Below, piece by piece: positions 13,302-26,768 of a DNA stretch of 64,000 nucleotides. Where the stretch lies: contig NC_057719.1 in assembly GCF_004010195.1 (NCBI RefSeq), forward strand, positions 34,387,281-34,451,280. The letters run 5' to 3'. Source of the stretch: Chiloscyllium plagiosum (taxonomy: Eukaryota). The position numbers were made by a program, and so were the translations under genes. The notes beneath the pieces are model-generated. The model had not been told where the DNA came from. It ran no database searches and saw nothing but the letters and a program-made list of their open reading frames with translations. Positions within the stretch are counted from its first letter, which is position 1; each line of letters opens with the position of its first letter.

Positions 13302-13400
13302 ACAAAAACAGAGGTTGTTGGAAAAGCACAGCAGGTCTGGCAGCATCTGTGAAGAAAAATCAGAGTTAACGTTTGGGGTCTGCTGACACTTCCTCAGAAC
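13302..13400 (-). mobile_element. Single PLE terminal-repeat arm
   Basis: Same sequence as the left arm of 12058-12256. Confidence 0.65.
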
Positions 13401-13519
13401 CATATGAACATCTTGGTCACTCTTCTCCAGACAGATTTGATTTTGAATGCTTTTTGTGTTCTATATTGGAATGAACTGTGAATCATTCAATAAGCTGCAT
13501 TAGACATTTTGCACAAGCA

Positions 13520-15773
13520 TCCCATGTATCCCGCTCACAGATACAGGTCCAGCGCTGGTCGGACGAAGAAGAGGATCAACTCCGGTGCTGTCTGGAATCG
13601 ACTGATTGGGCCTTGTTCAAACTGGCCGCAGGTACCTTGGATGAGTACGCCACCACCATCACAGACTTCATCAGCAAGTGTGAGGAGGACTGCATACCGA
13701 GGAAGTCAATCTGGGTGTTCGCCAACAGGAAACCCTGGATGAATCAGGACATACAGAACCCACTAAAAACCAGGTGACAGGCTTTCAGATCTGGAGACCC
13801 ACTCAAATATAAGGAATCCAAGTCTGACCTTCACAGAGCCATTAAGACAGCCAAGGACCAATACCAATCCAAACTAGAGACCCAGACTGACACTCAGCAA
13901 CTATAGCAAGGACAGAATGGCATCACAGGTTCTAATAAGAGAAAGTGCAAGATGGCAGATGATGACATATCCCTCCCAGATCATCTCAAAGCCTTCTATG
14001 CTCGCATTGAGCAGAATTTCTGCGGTGAGGTAACACCTATTCTGACAAATCCCGACAAACCTGTCCCAACAGTCACTGCATCAGAGGTCAGTTTTCCTTC
14101 ATGTGAATCCAAGGAAAGTGATGAGACTGGACGGAGTACCAGGCCGGGCACTCAGAGCACACGCAGACTAACTGGCAGAGGTCTTCTCGGGCACCTTCAA
14201 CCTCTCCCTGCAGCAGACCACTGTCCCTGCCTGTTTCAAGAGGACCAACATCATCCCTGTGCCTAAGAAGGCTCATGCAGCATGTCTCAATGACTACCGC
14301 CCAGTGGCCCTAACTTCGTTGATCATGAAGTGCTTTGAAAGGCTGGTCATGGCATGAATCAACTTCAGCGTCCCCATTACTCTTGACCCATCCAATTTGC
14401 CTACTGGACCAACAGATCCACGTCAGATGCCATATCACTTGCCCTTCACTCCTCCCTAAAACATCTTGACACCAAGGACAGCTATGTAAGAAGCTGAAAA
14501 ATGTGTTGCTGGAAAAGCGCAGCAGGAATGAGGAAGGTGTGCCAAGCAGGCTAAGATAAAAGGTAGGGAGGAGGGACTTGGGGGAGGGGCATCGGGAATG
14601 CGATAGGTGGAAGGAGGTTAAGGTGAGGGTGATAGGCCGGAGAGGGGGTAGGGGCGGAGAGGTCGGGAAGAAGATTGCAGTAATGTAAGAATCCTACTCA
14701 TTAACTACAGTTCAGCCTTCAATACTGTTATCCCTTCAAGTCTGATTACTAAACTTAGTGATCTCTGACTAAGCCCCACTCTCTGCAACTGGATCCTCAG
14801 CTTCCTGACCCACAGGCCACAATCAGTGAAGATTAGGGACAATATTTCATCCTCACTGGAGCCCCCTAGGGGTGTGTACTCAGCCCCTTACTGAACTCAT
14901 TGTATACCCATGATTGCATTGCCAAATATCAGACTAATGTCATTTACAAGTTCGCTGATGACACCACCATAGTCGGTCGAAGCTCAGATAGTGATGAAAC
15001 AGAATACAGTTGGGAGGCGGAAGACCTGGAAAAACCTAGCTCGAAATGCCAGCAAAACCAAGGAACTCATTATTGACTTTCGGTGGGATGTTACTCATGT
15101 CCCCCCTACACATTAACAGCACAGAGGTGGAACGAGTGGAGAGTGTCAAGCTCCTGGGGGTGGTCATCCACATTAAGCTTTCTTGGACTCTTCATGTGGA
15201 CGCACTGGTTACAAAGGCCCAACAACGTCTCTTCTTCCTCAGGCAGCTGAGAAAATTTGGCATGACGGCGAATACCCTTGCCAACTTTTATAGGTGCGCC
15301 ATCGAGAGCATTCTGTCTGGATGCATCACTACCTGGTATGGTAACTGTACCATTCAAGATTGGAGATGGTTACAGAGAGTGGTGAACTCAGCCCAGACTA
15401 TTACAAAGGCCAACCTCCCATCTATCGAATCCATCTACCAGGCCAGTTGTCAAGAGAAGGCTGCCAGCATTCTCAAAGATCCATCCCATCCTGGCAATGC
15501 TTTTCTCCAACCTCTACCATCGGGGAGAAGGTACAGGAGCCTGAACATGCCCACCAGCCAGTTTCGAAACAGTAACTACCCTACTGTTGTTAGAATACTG
15601 AATGGACTCCCAACCCTTTAGCATTCGCCTGTACCTGTGTTTTAGTTTTTGCCGCTGTTTACCTATTATTTACTTATCTATGCTATTAAACGATGTGATC
15701 TGTCTGTATTGCTCACAAGACAAAGCTTTTCACTGTGCCTGGGTACATGTGACAATAAATTCAATTCAATTCA
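13520..15773 (+). mobile_element. Rex1/Babar-type LINE, ORF2 RT pseudogene, 5'-truncated
   Basis: [77 protein letters not shown]; stops and frameshifts; (ATTCA)n tail. Confidence 0.9.
14493..14682 (-). mobile_element. PLE-derived fragment inserted into Rex RT, 9-bp TSD
   Basis: atgtaagaa at 14484-14492 and 14683-14691. The insert shares caggaatgagga...agcaggctaagataaaaggtagggagg with the PLE at 30560-30610. Confidence 0.8.
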
Positions 15774-16289
15774 GAACAGCTTTCATTTTTAATGAACTGT
15801 ACCAAGCTGGATTGTGTTGTGTCATTCGGAGCAGTATCACAAAACAATGGTAACTTTCTACCGCCAGCTATCAGAAAAATCAGTGGAATCATATAAAAGT
15901 GGGTGAAGAAACTCATAACCTGTTACTAGATTAACTAACTCGTTCAATTTCATTTTCGATGTAATTATATAGTTGTACTATTGACAAAAAGGGGAAGATT
16001 GTACTATGCCCTATTTACAAGGATATAGCAAAATAATTGACTGCTGTAGGACAATCCTGGTCCATGTCACCAGAGGTGAAAAGACAACTCTACAAAAGAT
16101 GTCTTCTGTCACACTACCACAACTCATGCTTCACCACATTTATCGAAGCATGTTACTAAGCATCCCTTACAAAACGTGGGCAAAGCTTTCCTGCAGACTA
16201 TTTCACTTTGACCACAAACAACATTTTACAGAAAACAGCACAGGCAATTAAAACGATCCCATAGGAAGAATTGATGAGCTGTCTCTCAC

Positions 16290-16486
16290 CCACTGCCAAT
16301 CAAAGCCAACGTCGGGTCTCATGCAGTGACAAGAAAATCTCAGTGCATTCTGGGGTGACATTCCAGGGCCAGTAGCTGTGCTGACTTTGTACGACAAAAA
16401 TTTCAAGATCCAGGAGTATACTGAGCATCACTAGCAAATGCTGATGTTTGGCATGTATACTGTTATGACGCAGATAGACAGCCAAA
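16290..16486 (-). pseudogene. Candidate exon remnant
   Basis: Acceptor ctgttttag, donor gtgaga; LAVYLRHNSIHAKHQ... with a stop just before the donor. Confidence 0.35.
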
Positions 16487-16859
16487 CTAAAACAGTATTT
16501 CTCCTGCTTTATTCACAACACAATAAAATTAAAACATTTCAAGAGCCTTAAAATTACCTAAATCGTTCCTTACCATTTTTAAATAACCTGTCCCAGATTC
16601 TGCAAATAATCAATTCTAGACATTATGTCTGTCACTTAAATGAAAATTTAGCAATTTATTAGCAAGATGGTAACTTGAGCAAAGAAGATTACATCAAAGT
16701 AATTCAACTAATGTCTACAATTTAAACACAACAACCTTTCACACAAAATAAGACAGGCAAACAAACAAACAAACACATAAAATAAATTTAACAAAACTGG
16801 GCCAATTATTTAAGTGGTTTTCATGATGTTTGTTCCAAAGGCATTTTTTATTGCTTCTT

Positions 16860-17337
16860 GGTTGATTTTCCAAAACATTAATCAGAACCACCTTTTCAGT
16901 TCACTCTGAGGAAGTCAGTTAAAACTTAGTTGCTATTCTCTGAAATTCCAAGAACTGATAATGGGAGGTTAAGCAGGGAGCTTTCAAATTTTCATTCTAT
17001 AGCATCAACAGGCAGACTCTTTCACATAGAAAAACATAGTCCAAAACTTAATTCACACTCTGGCCTTTGCCCGTCGGACTGAGAATTTCCCCATGAGATC
17101 CCAGTTACCATTCAATATCAGCCATCTGCTTGAGCATAAGGACTCTCCCTGTCTTTGCTGGAAACATTTCCCAGGTACTGACCTTGTTTATGGCCAAACA
17201 TCTGCTCTCTGCTTAAACATGCTGCTTTGTCAGTGTCAAAACGTCTGTAGAAACTTCTGATCAAGAACCAACCTGCAATTAACTTTCAGTCCTGCTCCAC
17301 AGCTTGTTCATTCTCTCTTCCTTTTACTAAGCACAGC
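16860..17337 (-). pseudogene. Candidate exon remnant (3' boundary uncertain)
   Basis: Acceptor tgtgtttag; disrupted frames include LKVNCRLVLDQKFLQ and LLNLPL/YQFLGISENSN (motif-like). Confidence 0.4.
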
Positions 17338-17347
17338 CTAAACACAT

Positions 17348-17478
17348 ACCTAATGAACGGCTTAGGCCCAAAACATTAACTCTCCTGCTCCTTGGATGCT
17401 GCCTGACCAGCTGTGCTTTTCCAGCGCCACACTTTTCAAGTGCGGCTCTCCAGCATCCGCAGTCCTGACTTTCTCCTA
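17348..17478 (+). mobile_element. PLE terminal-repeat fragment with decayed hammerhead core
   Basis: cctaatgaacggcttaggcccaaaac followed by ctcctgctccttggatgctgcctgacc, as at 44342-44430. Confidence 0.65.
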
Positions 17479-17624
17479 CAACCTGCTATCCATAGTCCAA
17501 AGGTCATTTTCATCTCACAGTTCTCAGTTCACAGTTCTGAACCAAAATTGATAAAAGAATAAAATAAATATTACGAAAAATTAGTGAGAATTCTACCAAT
17601 ACAGAGCATCCAAGGAGCAGGAAA

Positions 17625-17657
17625 ATCGACATTTCGGGCATAAGCCCTTCATCAGAA
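17625..17657 (-). ncRNA. Minimal hammerhead ribozyme motif (PLE-type)
   Basis: Minus strand CTGATGA-A-GGGC-TTAT-GCCC-GAAA-T-GTC. Confidence 0.6.
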
Positions 17658-17789
17658 ATCTTATAGATTGTATTGGAGCCTAAATATTGAAGGGTGCAGT
17701 ATATTTAGGAACAGAAGGAAACTATGGAAAGATGGGGATGGCTGAGATAAGTTCAAGAACCCAAGATTTAGAATTGGTTGGGCAAAGAT

Positions 17790-18075
17790 GAACATGTGAA
17801 AACAAACAAGAAGCAAGATTAGGCCATTCAGTAGGCCTCTGAGCCTGCTCTGTTATTCAATAACGTCAGAGCTGATCTGGTTTTAATCTCAATTCTACAT
17901 TCCCAATAATCTTTCATCCCCTTTGTAAATAAGAATCTATCTACTTCTGCCTTAAAAATATTTAAAGCTTCTGCATCCACAGCCTTTTGAAGAATGGAAT
18001 GCCAAAGACTGACAGCCTTCTTAGAGAAAGTATGTTTCCTCATATTTGTTTTGAATAGGCACCCCTTGTTTTGAA
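17790..18075 (-). mobile_element. CR1 3' end
   Basis: MRKH.FSKKAVSLW.S..QKAVDA..LNIFKAEVDRFL plus a CR1 3'UTR. Confidence 0.8.
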
Positions 18076-18089
18076 ACTATTGCTATGAG

Positions 18090-18630
18090 AAATTATAAAG
18101 GCAAGTACTTACTTGTGCGTTAGGCTAGCCCCCAGCAGTAACCACATCGTGTGATGGAATATAAAAGAATAAATAGTGTGAGCTTGTCAGAAATCGCAGG
18201 CGATTCTAATGAACATGTAGACTGGATAAATCAGATGGGCAAACTAGCCTAGAAGAATTCATGGAACGTTTTTGAGATATTCTCTGAGAACAACACACTT
18301 GAGAGAACAGTTGATACTTGAATCGATATTATGCAATGAGATAAGATTTAGTAATTAGTAGTGACGGCCATCCTTAGCTAGCATAACATGATTGAATTTT
18401 GCATTCAGTTTTAAGGGAGAGAGGAATGGGTCTGAGACTCATATTTTGAACTTTAAAGAGCTAATATGAGGTCACGAAAGCAGAGCTTGCTCAGGTGACC
18501 TGAAAAATTAAGGGAGCGATCAAGAGGGATGCAACAGCAGACTCTTAATTGCATATTTCAGAATACATGGAATAGAGGCATTCCAACAAGAAAGAAGAAT
18601 TCCAAAAGGAGGACCCAAAATCCGTGGTTA
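18090..18630 (+). mobile_element. Degenerate CR1 endonuclease/linker fragment
   Basis: Remnants of GD.N.HVDW, EEFMERF.D.., HNMIEF.IQF and PWL. Confidence 0.55.
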
Positions 18631-19829
18631 CTCGAGCTTATAGTCTAGCTTCAAACATCAGCTGTTTCAGCTAAAAATCCTGTCCAGCCATTTTGTGTCA
18701 ACTGAGAACCAACTCTGGTCATTTTGTGCTGCTTCTGTCATGAACAGCAGTAACAACTGGTCTCTGCTCTTCAATTTACCACATCTTCCCAACATTGATT
18801 CATTGCCCCAATATTTTAGTTTGAACCCTTGTACTTACCTTCATATGTGGCAAACTCAACAAGGGCCTCAGTACAGTTCAAGTGTAGATCACCCTTGTTG
18901 TATAGATCCATTTTCCTCAGTGTCAGTGCCCCATGAACTGGAACTTATTTCCCTCACAGTTTTGAGGTATGCATTCATTTCTCTAATCTTAGTTGCCCTA
19001 TGCTAATTTACTCATGGCTCAGTTAATGACCCAGAAATGCTTATCTTTGAGGTTCTGGTTTTAAATTTGGTGCTTAGTTCCTTATAATGCCTATGCAGAA
19101 CCTTACTATGTTGTTGGCCATGTGTTCCAGGCAGATGTCCTGAACTGGCACCATGAAGGCAACACCACCTTCTAAGCTCCAAAAAATCTGGTTGCAACAC
19201 CTCCAGGGAAAAGGATAGCAACTCACTGCCATAAAACTAAGATGAAGAGAATAAAATAGTCATGTGACTGGATTTCATTTTTGAGCAGCTAGTGGGAGTT
19301 TGGAAAATTCCTGGCTCCATTTGCCTGCCTTAGTTTTTCATTATGGGCCCGGGGGTGGGGGGGGGGGGAGTTATAGAAAATGCCTATTTCAGCAAAGGCT
19401 TTGAATTTTTGTGTTAATCTACTGTTTACAGTTGTAAACTGTGATTTATCAATCTGCATGGCTTCACACAGATTTTATGCCTTAGCGTCATTATTACAGC
19501 AGTATGTGTAGTTAGATAGCACTCTTAATGCAATAAACTAATCTGGAGCACATCACAGGAGAATTACAAGACAAAATGGACACCAAGCCAAACGCAATGA
19601 CTTTAGAGCAGATGGTCAAAGACTTGGTTGAAGAGGTTAATGAATCATCAGCGATGGAGTCTAGAGGTAACCAGGACATCATTAAAGGTTTCAACAGCAG
19701 AGGAGTTGAGGCAGGGTAGAGCCAGGATTATTATGCAGGTGGATATAAGACGCTTTAGTGATGGATTGAATATGTGATTGCTTACCTCATAGTCAAATGT
19801 GATATATGCATGCAAGCATATTAACATAC

Positions 19830-21140
19830 AAACTGGAAGTAGACACAGTAGACACAGGGCATTCAACTCTTATTCAGTAAGATTGATTAATTAATCTGAC
19901 TACTCCACATTCCTGCCCACCCTGATAACTTTCACCTTCTTGCTTGTCAAGAATCTGTCTTTGTCTGCAAAAATTTCAAAGTCACTGTTTCAAATGCCTT
20001 TTGAGGAGGACAGTTTCAAAACCTATGATCCTCGGTCAGAAATACATTCTTCTCACCATAATTAGGTAATGCCTTATTTTTAACCAGTGACCAATGGTTC
20101 TAAATTGTCCCACCAGGGGAAACATCCTTTCCACATCTACACTGTCACAGTTCCTCAGGATCTCGTATGCTTCAATCATATCACCTCTTATTCTTCTGAA
20201 CTTCTGTGGACACACCACTAATTATCCAACCTTTATAAATTCCAAATGTTAGTCTAGTTAATCTTCTCAGAACTCATAGAATCCTTACAGTGTGTAAACA
20301 GGTCCTTCAGGCCAACCAGTCCACACTGACCCTCAGAAGAGTAACCCATCCAGACCCCTACCCTATTACTCAACATTAACCCCTGATTAATGCACCTAAC
20401 CGACACACCCCTGAACACTATGGGCAATTTAGCATGGCCAATTCACCTAACTTGCACATATTTGGATTGTGGGAGGAAACTGGAACAAACCCACACAGAC
20501 ACGGGGAGAATGAGCAAACTCTACACAGACAGTCAGACGAGGCTGGAATCGAACCCGGGTCTGTAGCACCATGAAGCAGCAGTGCTAACCACTGGGGTGA
20601 CGTGCCACCCAGAGCTATTGTTAACACATTTATATCCTTCCTTTAAAAAAGGCGACTAATACTACATACAGTACTCCAGGTGTTATTTCTCCAATGCCCT
20701 GTATACTGAAGTGTAATCTCCTGAATATTGTAGATGTTATCCAGAAGTAAAATGAAGACAATAGAAACGTTTGTCCTACAATGAAACAGCTATTAAATTA
20801 TGTGTCAAATTGGCTTCTCTTTTCAAGAGCAAGCCCTAACTATTATATTCAATTTCCTCACTACTAGTTGCACTTGCATGCTAACCTCTTGCGATCCATA
20901 CACCAGGACATCCAGATTCCTCTGCCTCTCAGAACTCTGCAAACATTCAGCATTTAGAAAATAATCTGCACTTTATTTTTGACCAAAACGAACAATTTCA
21001 CATTCTTTCACATTATGCTGTATTTGACAGAGTTTTGGCTACTCACTTAACCTATTTACACTCCTTTGTACCTTTTGTTGTGTCCTCTTCACTACAGACT
21101 TTCCTAACTATATTTGTGTCGTTAGCAAATTCAGCAACTC
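19830..21140 (-). mobile_element. CR1 3' region interrupted by an HE1-like SINE
   Basis: FRRIRGDMIEAYEIL...VDVERMFPLVG; KFANDTNI near 21115-21135. Confidence 0.75.
20272..20611 (-). mobile_element. HE1-like V-SINE
   Basis: Reverse complement of the SINE at 11168; B box ggttcgattcc intact. Confidence 0.85.
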
Positions 21141-21269
21141 TGTCTTCTATGCATTATTGTAGCTTCATAATGATTTGACATATAAAAGTAAAACAAAGTT
21201 GCAGTTATTTCTTTAAGCTGCATGTTCTACTCAAGTACTTGCACACTTTCTAACTTTATTATTACTTAC

Positions 21270-21403
21270 AGTAACATTGTATATCAGTTCGATCCATGCA
21301 TTTAAAACACATCCAATCTCAAGGGTACAACTGAATAGAATTGTCCTCTACAATGTACTGCCGAAACACATGGTGCATGAAATGTAATTTGCGTTTCACA
21401 GCC
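21270..21403 (-). pseudogene. Candidate exon remnant
   Basis: Acceptor catttttatag, donor gtaagt; all frames closed; KLHFMHHVFRQYIVEDNSIQL is motif-like. Confidence 0.4.
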
Positions 21404-22936
21404 CTATAAAAATGACAGACCTGTTCTAGGAAATTGTAAATGTGTACATTAGAATCAATAATAAGTCTGATGAAATAGACAACAAAATGTAGGTACTGCA
21501 AACAATTCCAAAAGAACTTTTTATTTGCAAAAAAGCAGGATGTTTTGGTGAATCAGACTGAAGGCAAGCGGTGGTCTCCAATCAGAATAAAATGCACTAG
21601 AAGCATGAGCATGTGCAACACCACTGGAACATTGTGAAGATTTTGTAACGGCCTCAGGATTGAAGTGGGTGCTAGTTCTTCACAAATGCGGTATAGGAAC
21701 TGTAGTTTTCAAGAATTTCAAGAATTACATTACAGGGTTGAAAATGTACTCTGGTCCATTCAAATGGTTGTGTGAGAATGCATTTTCCAAAATTCTGAAC
21801 TTTTTGGAAAGATGACAAACTGGGAAAGGAGATGGCTTCACCAGAATGTAAAGGCAGTGGGGAGAAGGAGTCTTAGCTCAGAAAATTAGGAAGTAGGATC
21901 ACAATAGGTGGAACTGAGAAATAGAGAGAGCAGAAAACACTGGTAGGAGTAACTTACAGACTCCCGAACCATAATCATTGTTTGAGCAGACTGTAAATCA
22001 GAATGTTAGAGGAGAATGCAAAGAGTTTCATGTCATACTCATGGGATAATTTAATAATCATATGGGCAGAGCAAACCAATTTGGTAAAGATATCTTGGTG
22101 GAACAGCCTCGATGGGCCCGATGGCCTACTCCTGCTCCTACTTCTAATGTTCTTATGTCCTTGTGTATGAAAGGCAGAAGATATTAAGTGACAGTAAACA
22201 ATCAGAGAGGATAATAAAGGATGCAAAAGAGGCAACAATCGAATTGTTAATATATGCTGTTATCTGAAAAAGTGAGATGTCGCCTCGGTCCAAACATGGC
22301 TCCTGGCACCTTTAAAATATTCTAAGACTGATGTAGAATGAATATTGACCATGCTCACACTTTGACCAAATCCATAGTGCAGCACACCATATGCCTCCTA
22401 TCAATGCCTGGATTGCACATGCAACATAGCCCCAAAAGTGTGTTCTGTATCATAATGACTTGCTGTGTTCTTCATGACTGGACCCAATAAGAACGTTGGG
22501 GGAGGAATTGTGTTGGGTATGTCTTGAGTACAGACAAAATGGAGGAATGGAGATATAATATGAACAAGGTTCACAGTTGATTATTGCTGATGATCTTATG
22601 TCTTGACCCATTGGGGCAGTGCTCTGGAAAGCAAGCTCAACTATCCTGGGAGTCATCATAAATTTGAAAAATAATTCATCAAAATATTCAAAGACCCCCC
22701 CAATTATACTGACAAAAAAAAACTCAGGTTAAATGAGAAAAGTCCCCCTTTCACAAACAGACAGAAACTCAAAGATATGTATGCTCAAGGTGGAGGAGAA
22801 AGAAAATCATTGAGAAGCAATTCCATACCATCAATCCGAACCATGACATCTGATGTGTTGTTTTCTTTCACTTTCTAATGATTCTTTGACATCGCCACAA
22901 AGTGTTTTGCACATCAATGTTTAGTCTTTCACTCAC

Positions 22937-23489
22937 TGGTTGAAAATTCAGCCTTTCACTGCCTCTGAAGGCATTTTATTTCACCTTCAACAGGGATTTA
23001 CAGAGAAAGGTAAGTGGCAACCCATTAGCTATTACTGAAAATAGTCTGTTTCCTCCACACAGGAGATCAGGCACACAGTCATTATTGATGCTTTCTCTTT
23101 GCAGACTAGATGTTTCTGCTGCACTGATCCCACACAAGCTACAACCACCAGGTCAAGAGCCAATTAAAACATTTATGTCAAGCAATGGTCCCTCGTTCAG
23201 GACCCATCAGCTTGGTTCTGTCTGCTTTTTCTCTCATTGTTCCAGAAATAAGCAACATTGTACACAATGTACAATGTGTTCCACTGAATACGGGTTGGAT
23301 TTTTTGATGGCCAGACGGTCATTATTCCAGTATAAATGGGTGTCGAGCCATGGAAACCCATAGAATCACCATTTTAGCAGGAATTGTGCTGGAGACTAAA
23401 GTTTCCACTGGGCATCATCCCGACATGTTGAACCGTCCAATTGCATTGTACTTCCACAAAGGAATAAACGTGCCTTGGCAGTTCAGAAC
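22937..23489 (-). pseudogene. Exon remnant of decayed repeat-motif gene
   Basis: Acceptor gaatcag, donor gtgagt. Phase-1 frame GSELPRHVYSFVEVQCNW...FSLQHNSC*NGDSMGF...; near the 3' end QTIFSVIANGLPLTFLC. Confidence 0.55.
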
Positions 23490-23689
23490 CTGATTCAATG
23501 ACAAGCTGATAATTGTCCAGGAAGTTTAAACATTCAATGGATAATTACCATGCACTTGGCACCCTCCAAAAAAAATTTCCTCCTCTGATCTTTGTCCAAA
23601 ACTTCAGATGGTTCCAATTCACTTTCTTGGATAGTTACCCAAAAAAATGACAGAATTAAAACAAGCTCTAACTCGTGGGTATTTGTACA

Positions 23690-23895
23690 ACCAATCCCTT
23701 CACCTGCATATACTGACATCTCAATACCTAACCCCAACTCCCAGACAGCAGAAGAGTAGTGAAAAAGAGTCATATCCGACTGAAACCTTAATCCTGCTTC
23801 TGTTTCCACAGATGATGCCAGACATGTTGCGTTTCCCCAGTGTTTTCTCTCTTTATTCCAGACTTCCAGGATCCACAGTATTTTATTTTTATTTG
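23690..23895 (+). mobile_element. Degenerate PLE terminal repeat
   Basis: gaaaaagagtcatatccgactgaaacc...tccacagatgatgccagac, like other pLTR copies. Confidence 0.55.
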
Positions 23896-25211
23896 GTACT
23901 TTTAAATTTGCTTTCCTTCCCTTAAATATGGCAGTGGTGTGTCATAACATGGGGCATGGCTTCTATGAAGTTCCTCCACATTGCTCCCAACAAGGATTGC
24001 TGCACTGTTTGTGTTGAGATGGCTCCTGCATCAGAATTTGAATCCAAAAAAATCATAGGAATGTAAGTAAGTAATTTGGAAATGGGGATTCCAACTCAGA
24101 TTGGATGATTTTGGCCAAGATTTGCAATACATTTGACTCAAAGTTTTAAACTGCCCACTATGATAAAAATGAAGTTTTCATTGAAGTAAAGCTATGCACT
24201 AAACCCGATAGGTTTTTTTTAAATGGATATCATATTGGAAAGGCCATGGGTGTTACGAAAGGTGAATTGCTCTTGCAGACAGTAGGCATGGAGTGTCTGA
24301 ATGGCCTTCTTTTCTGCTGTTCTAATTCTACAATTCCAAGTTCCTTCCTCCTACCATTTCTTATTGTATCTCAAGGAGCTCCACAACACTTTCCTTAATA
24401 TGCAGTGTGCATTTTGCTTTGAGGTTGTTTTTCTTTGCCTTAAAAGGTTTGCACTCATTTGACGTCATGGAAAAGATAGTGTGAACTGAATAAGAAATGA
24501 CTTTTAAATAGAGTTCAGCAAAACAGAACATAAAATAGATGTTTCCACTGAGACTTCAATTTATTATTCCAAGATGAACACATTCTCAAAAAGATCTTTC
24601 ACTCTGGATAGAAAATCAGAAACGTTAAGTAGAACATAAACTCTGGCGAAATCACAAGAAAATGGATTCTTGATTATTTTTAAATCACTTCTTTTTAGAA
24701 ATATATGTTTTTGAAATGTGTCCTGTCTTTCTGAATAAAGTCTATCAAGTTCTTTAAATGTTTATCGTGGATTCATATAGGAACAAATTATATGGCCTTT
24801 ATGTCCATGTTAGCTCTTAAAAGTGCTCTCCACTGAGTTCCACTCTTCTGTCCTTTTCTGCAGCTATATAAATCTTTCCATTTCACCTATTTAAGCAATT
24901 CCCATTTGTAAGTTGTTTTTGAATTTTCCACCATTCTTTCAAGCTGCAAATTCTCACTCACAAGCAGTGGGAAAAAACAACTTTCTTCTCTCATCCCTGA
25001 TACATTAGCCAATTATTTTAAATCTGCTTCCTTTGATTATCAACCCCTTTTTTCTACAACAAGTATGGTCTTGCATTCCTTGAGGGACATGAGGAAAAGA
25101 AGCATTCTGTTAAACTTGACAAGGAAACCTTGCTCTGGGCATATATCAATATTAACAACCTTCTGAATTTTGAAGACAATCTGTGGTATGCCCAATATTT
25201 GTTGCCTTGCT

Positions 25212-25387
25212 GTTCTTCAAATACATAAGAAACAAACGACAGGCAAAAGTAGACATTGGGCCACTTCAAACTGATGCTGGAAGCCTAGTGATGGGAGATA
25301 AGGAAATAGCTGGAGAACTTAATAAGTACTTTGCGTCAGTCTTCACAGTGGAAGACATGAGTAATATCCCAACAATTAAAGGGAGTG
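25212..25387 (+). mobile_element. Young CR1 ORF2 internal fragment
   Basis: FFKYIRNKRQAKVDIGPLQ...AGELNKYFASVFTVED, no disruptions. Confidence 0.85.
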
Positions 25388-26307
25388 CGATCATTTGAAG
25401 TTTTGTAGATATCTCGCAAACGTAATATCCGACAACCTCAGTGTTGCAATCACTACAGTGTCTCGGGACACAGAAGTGAAAGATTCAACCGAATCTGAGT
25501 TCCCACATCTCAGTCACTGTTTCACAAGTATTCCTTTGTGCGAGTGGTTCTGTTCCTGGCATAATCTCTGCCATGATCCTTATTGCTTTTTGCATCGTGA
25601 TTTTCCATGTGGCACCAGTATCATGAAATGGTTCTTCCTTGGCATTGTAAACACAGCAAGTTCTGCTCGAATCACTGTCACAGCAATCGGCATTTTTCCC
25701 GTTTTACTCCATGTAATATGTGCTTAGCAAACGCTGGGAAAATCAATCTATTTTTTACATAAAAATACTCTTCGTGGTGATCAGTTTCCTTCTTCAAACA
25801 CCCGCTGTCTCACATCTTTGCGTTTCACATATCATAACCACCCTTTATCGGAGTAACCTCTCCCTCCCACAAGAACTAACTTGCCTAAACGTCCACCCTC
25901 CCATTTCACTGAGGTACTGCGCAATATAATACTCACATTTGCACTGTTCATTCTGTACTGCTGCAGTCACTGTTTTGGGTGAAAGTGCTCAATCCCATGG
26001 TCTACATCTTCAAGCAATTCAATCCATTTAGATGCACCTGTTCTGTAATTAATCCTCGTGGAGCAGCTTTTACTGACACGGACAAGAGATTACTGGAGCA
26101 TCGGGCTCAGGATAAGTGCACAGCGCAGGATTGAGCAAAAGATGTTTTATTGGAAACGACAGGTTTCTGTGGCTTTCTCCAGTCGTTTATTTCATTTGTT
26201 CATTCGGTTCCCCCGAAATATTGCGTGCAGTTGCTTGCAGTTTATGCCCGGATCAATAGGGGCATAAAGTGAAGTTAAGAGCTGGAAAGGGTTGGGGAGA
26301 TATGCAG

Positions 26308-26768
26308 TTAGGTCTAACATATGAGGAACGGCTGAGGATATTGGGATTGTATTCGTTGGAGTTTAGAAGATTAAGGGGAGACTTAATAGAGGCGTACAAA
26401 ATAATACATGGCTTGGAAAAGGTGGATGCTAGGAAATTGTTTCCGTTAGACGAGGAGACTAGGACCCGTGGACACAGCCTTAGAATTAGAGGGGGTAAAT
26501 TCAGAACAGAAATGCGGAGACATTTCTTCAGCCAGAGAGTGGTGGGCCTGTGGAATTCATTGCCCCGGAGTGCAGTGGAGGCCGGGACACTAAATGTCTT
26601 CAAGGCAGAGATTGATAAATTCTTGATGTCATGAGGAATTAAGGGCTACGGGGAGAATGCGGGTAAGTGGAGTTGAAATGCCCATCAGCCATGATTGAAT
26701 GGCAGAGTGGACTCGATGGGCTGAATGGCCTTACTTCCACTCCTATGTCTTATGGTCTTATGGTCTTA
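26308..26768 (+). mobile_element. Young CR1 3' end with (TATGGTCT)n tail
   Basis: YEERLRILGLYSLEFRRLRGDLIE...FFSQRVVGLWNSLP; intact 3'UTR and octamer tail. Confidence 0.92.

Noticed and set aside
21270..21403. In-frame TGA as selenocysteine, or WMCFKC as a zinc finger
   Set aside because: Neighbouring segments carry TAA/TAG stops and frameshifts, and no SECIS was seen; pseudogene decay is the simpler explanation.
25390..25730. Cys-rich minus-strand peptide (HCSDCNTEVVGYYVC) as a FAM72/yippee-like or VWC protein
   Set aside because: Only a superficial CxxC match, interrupted by stops; not supportable without a search.
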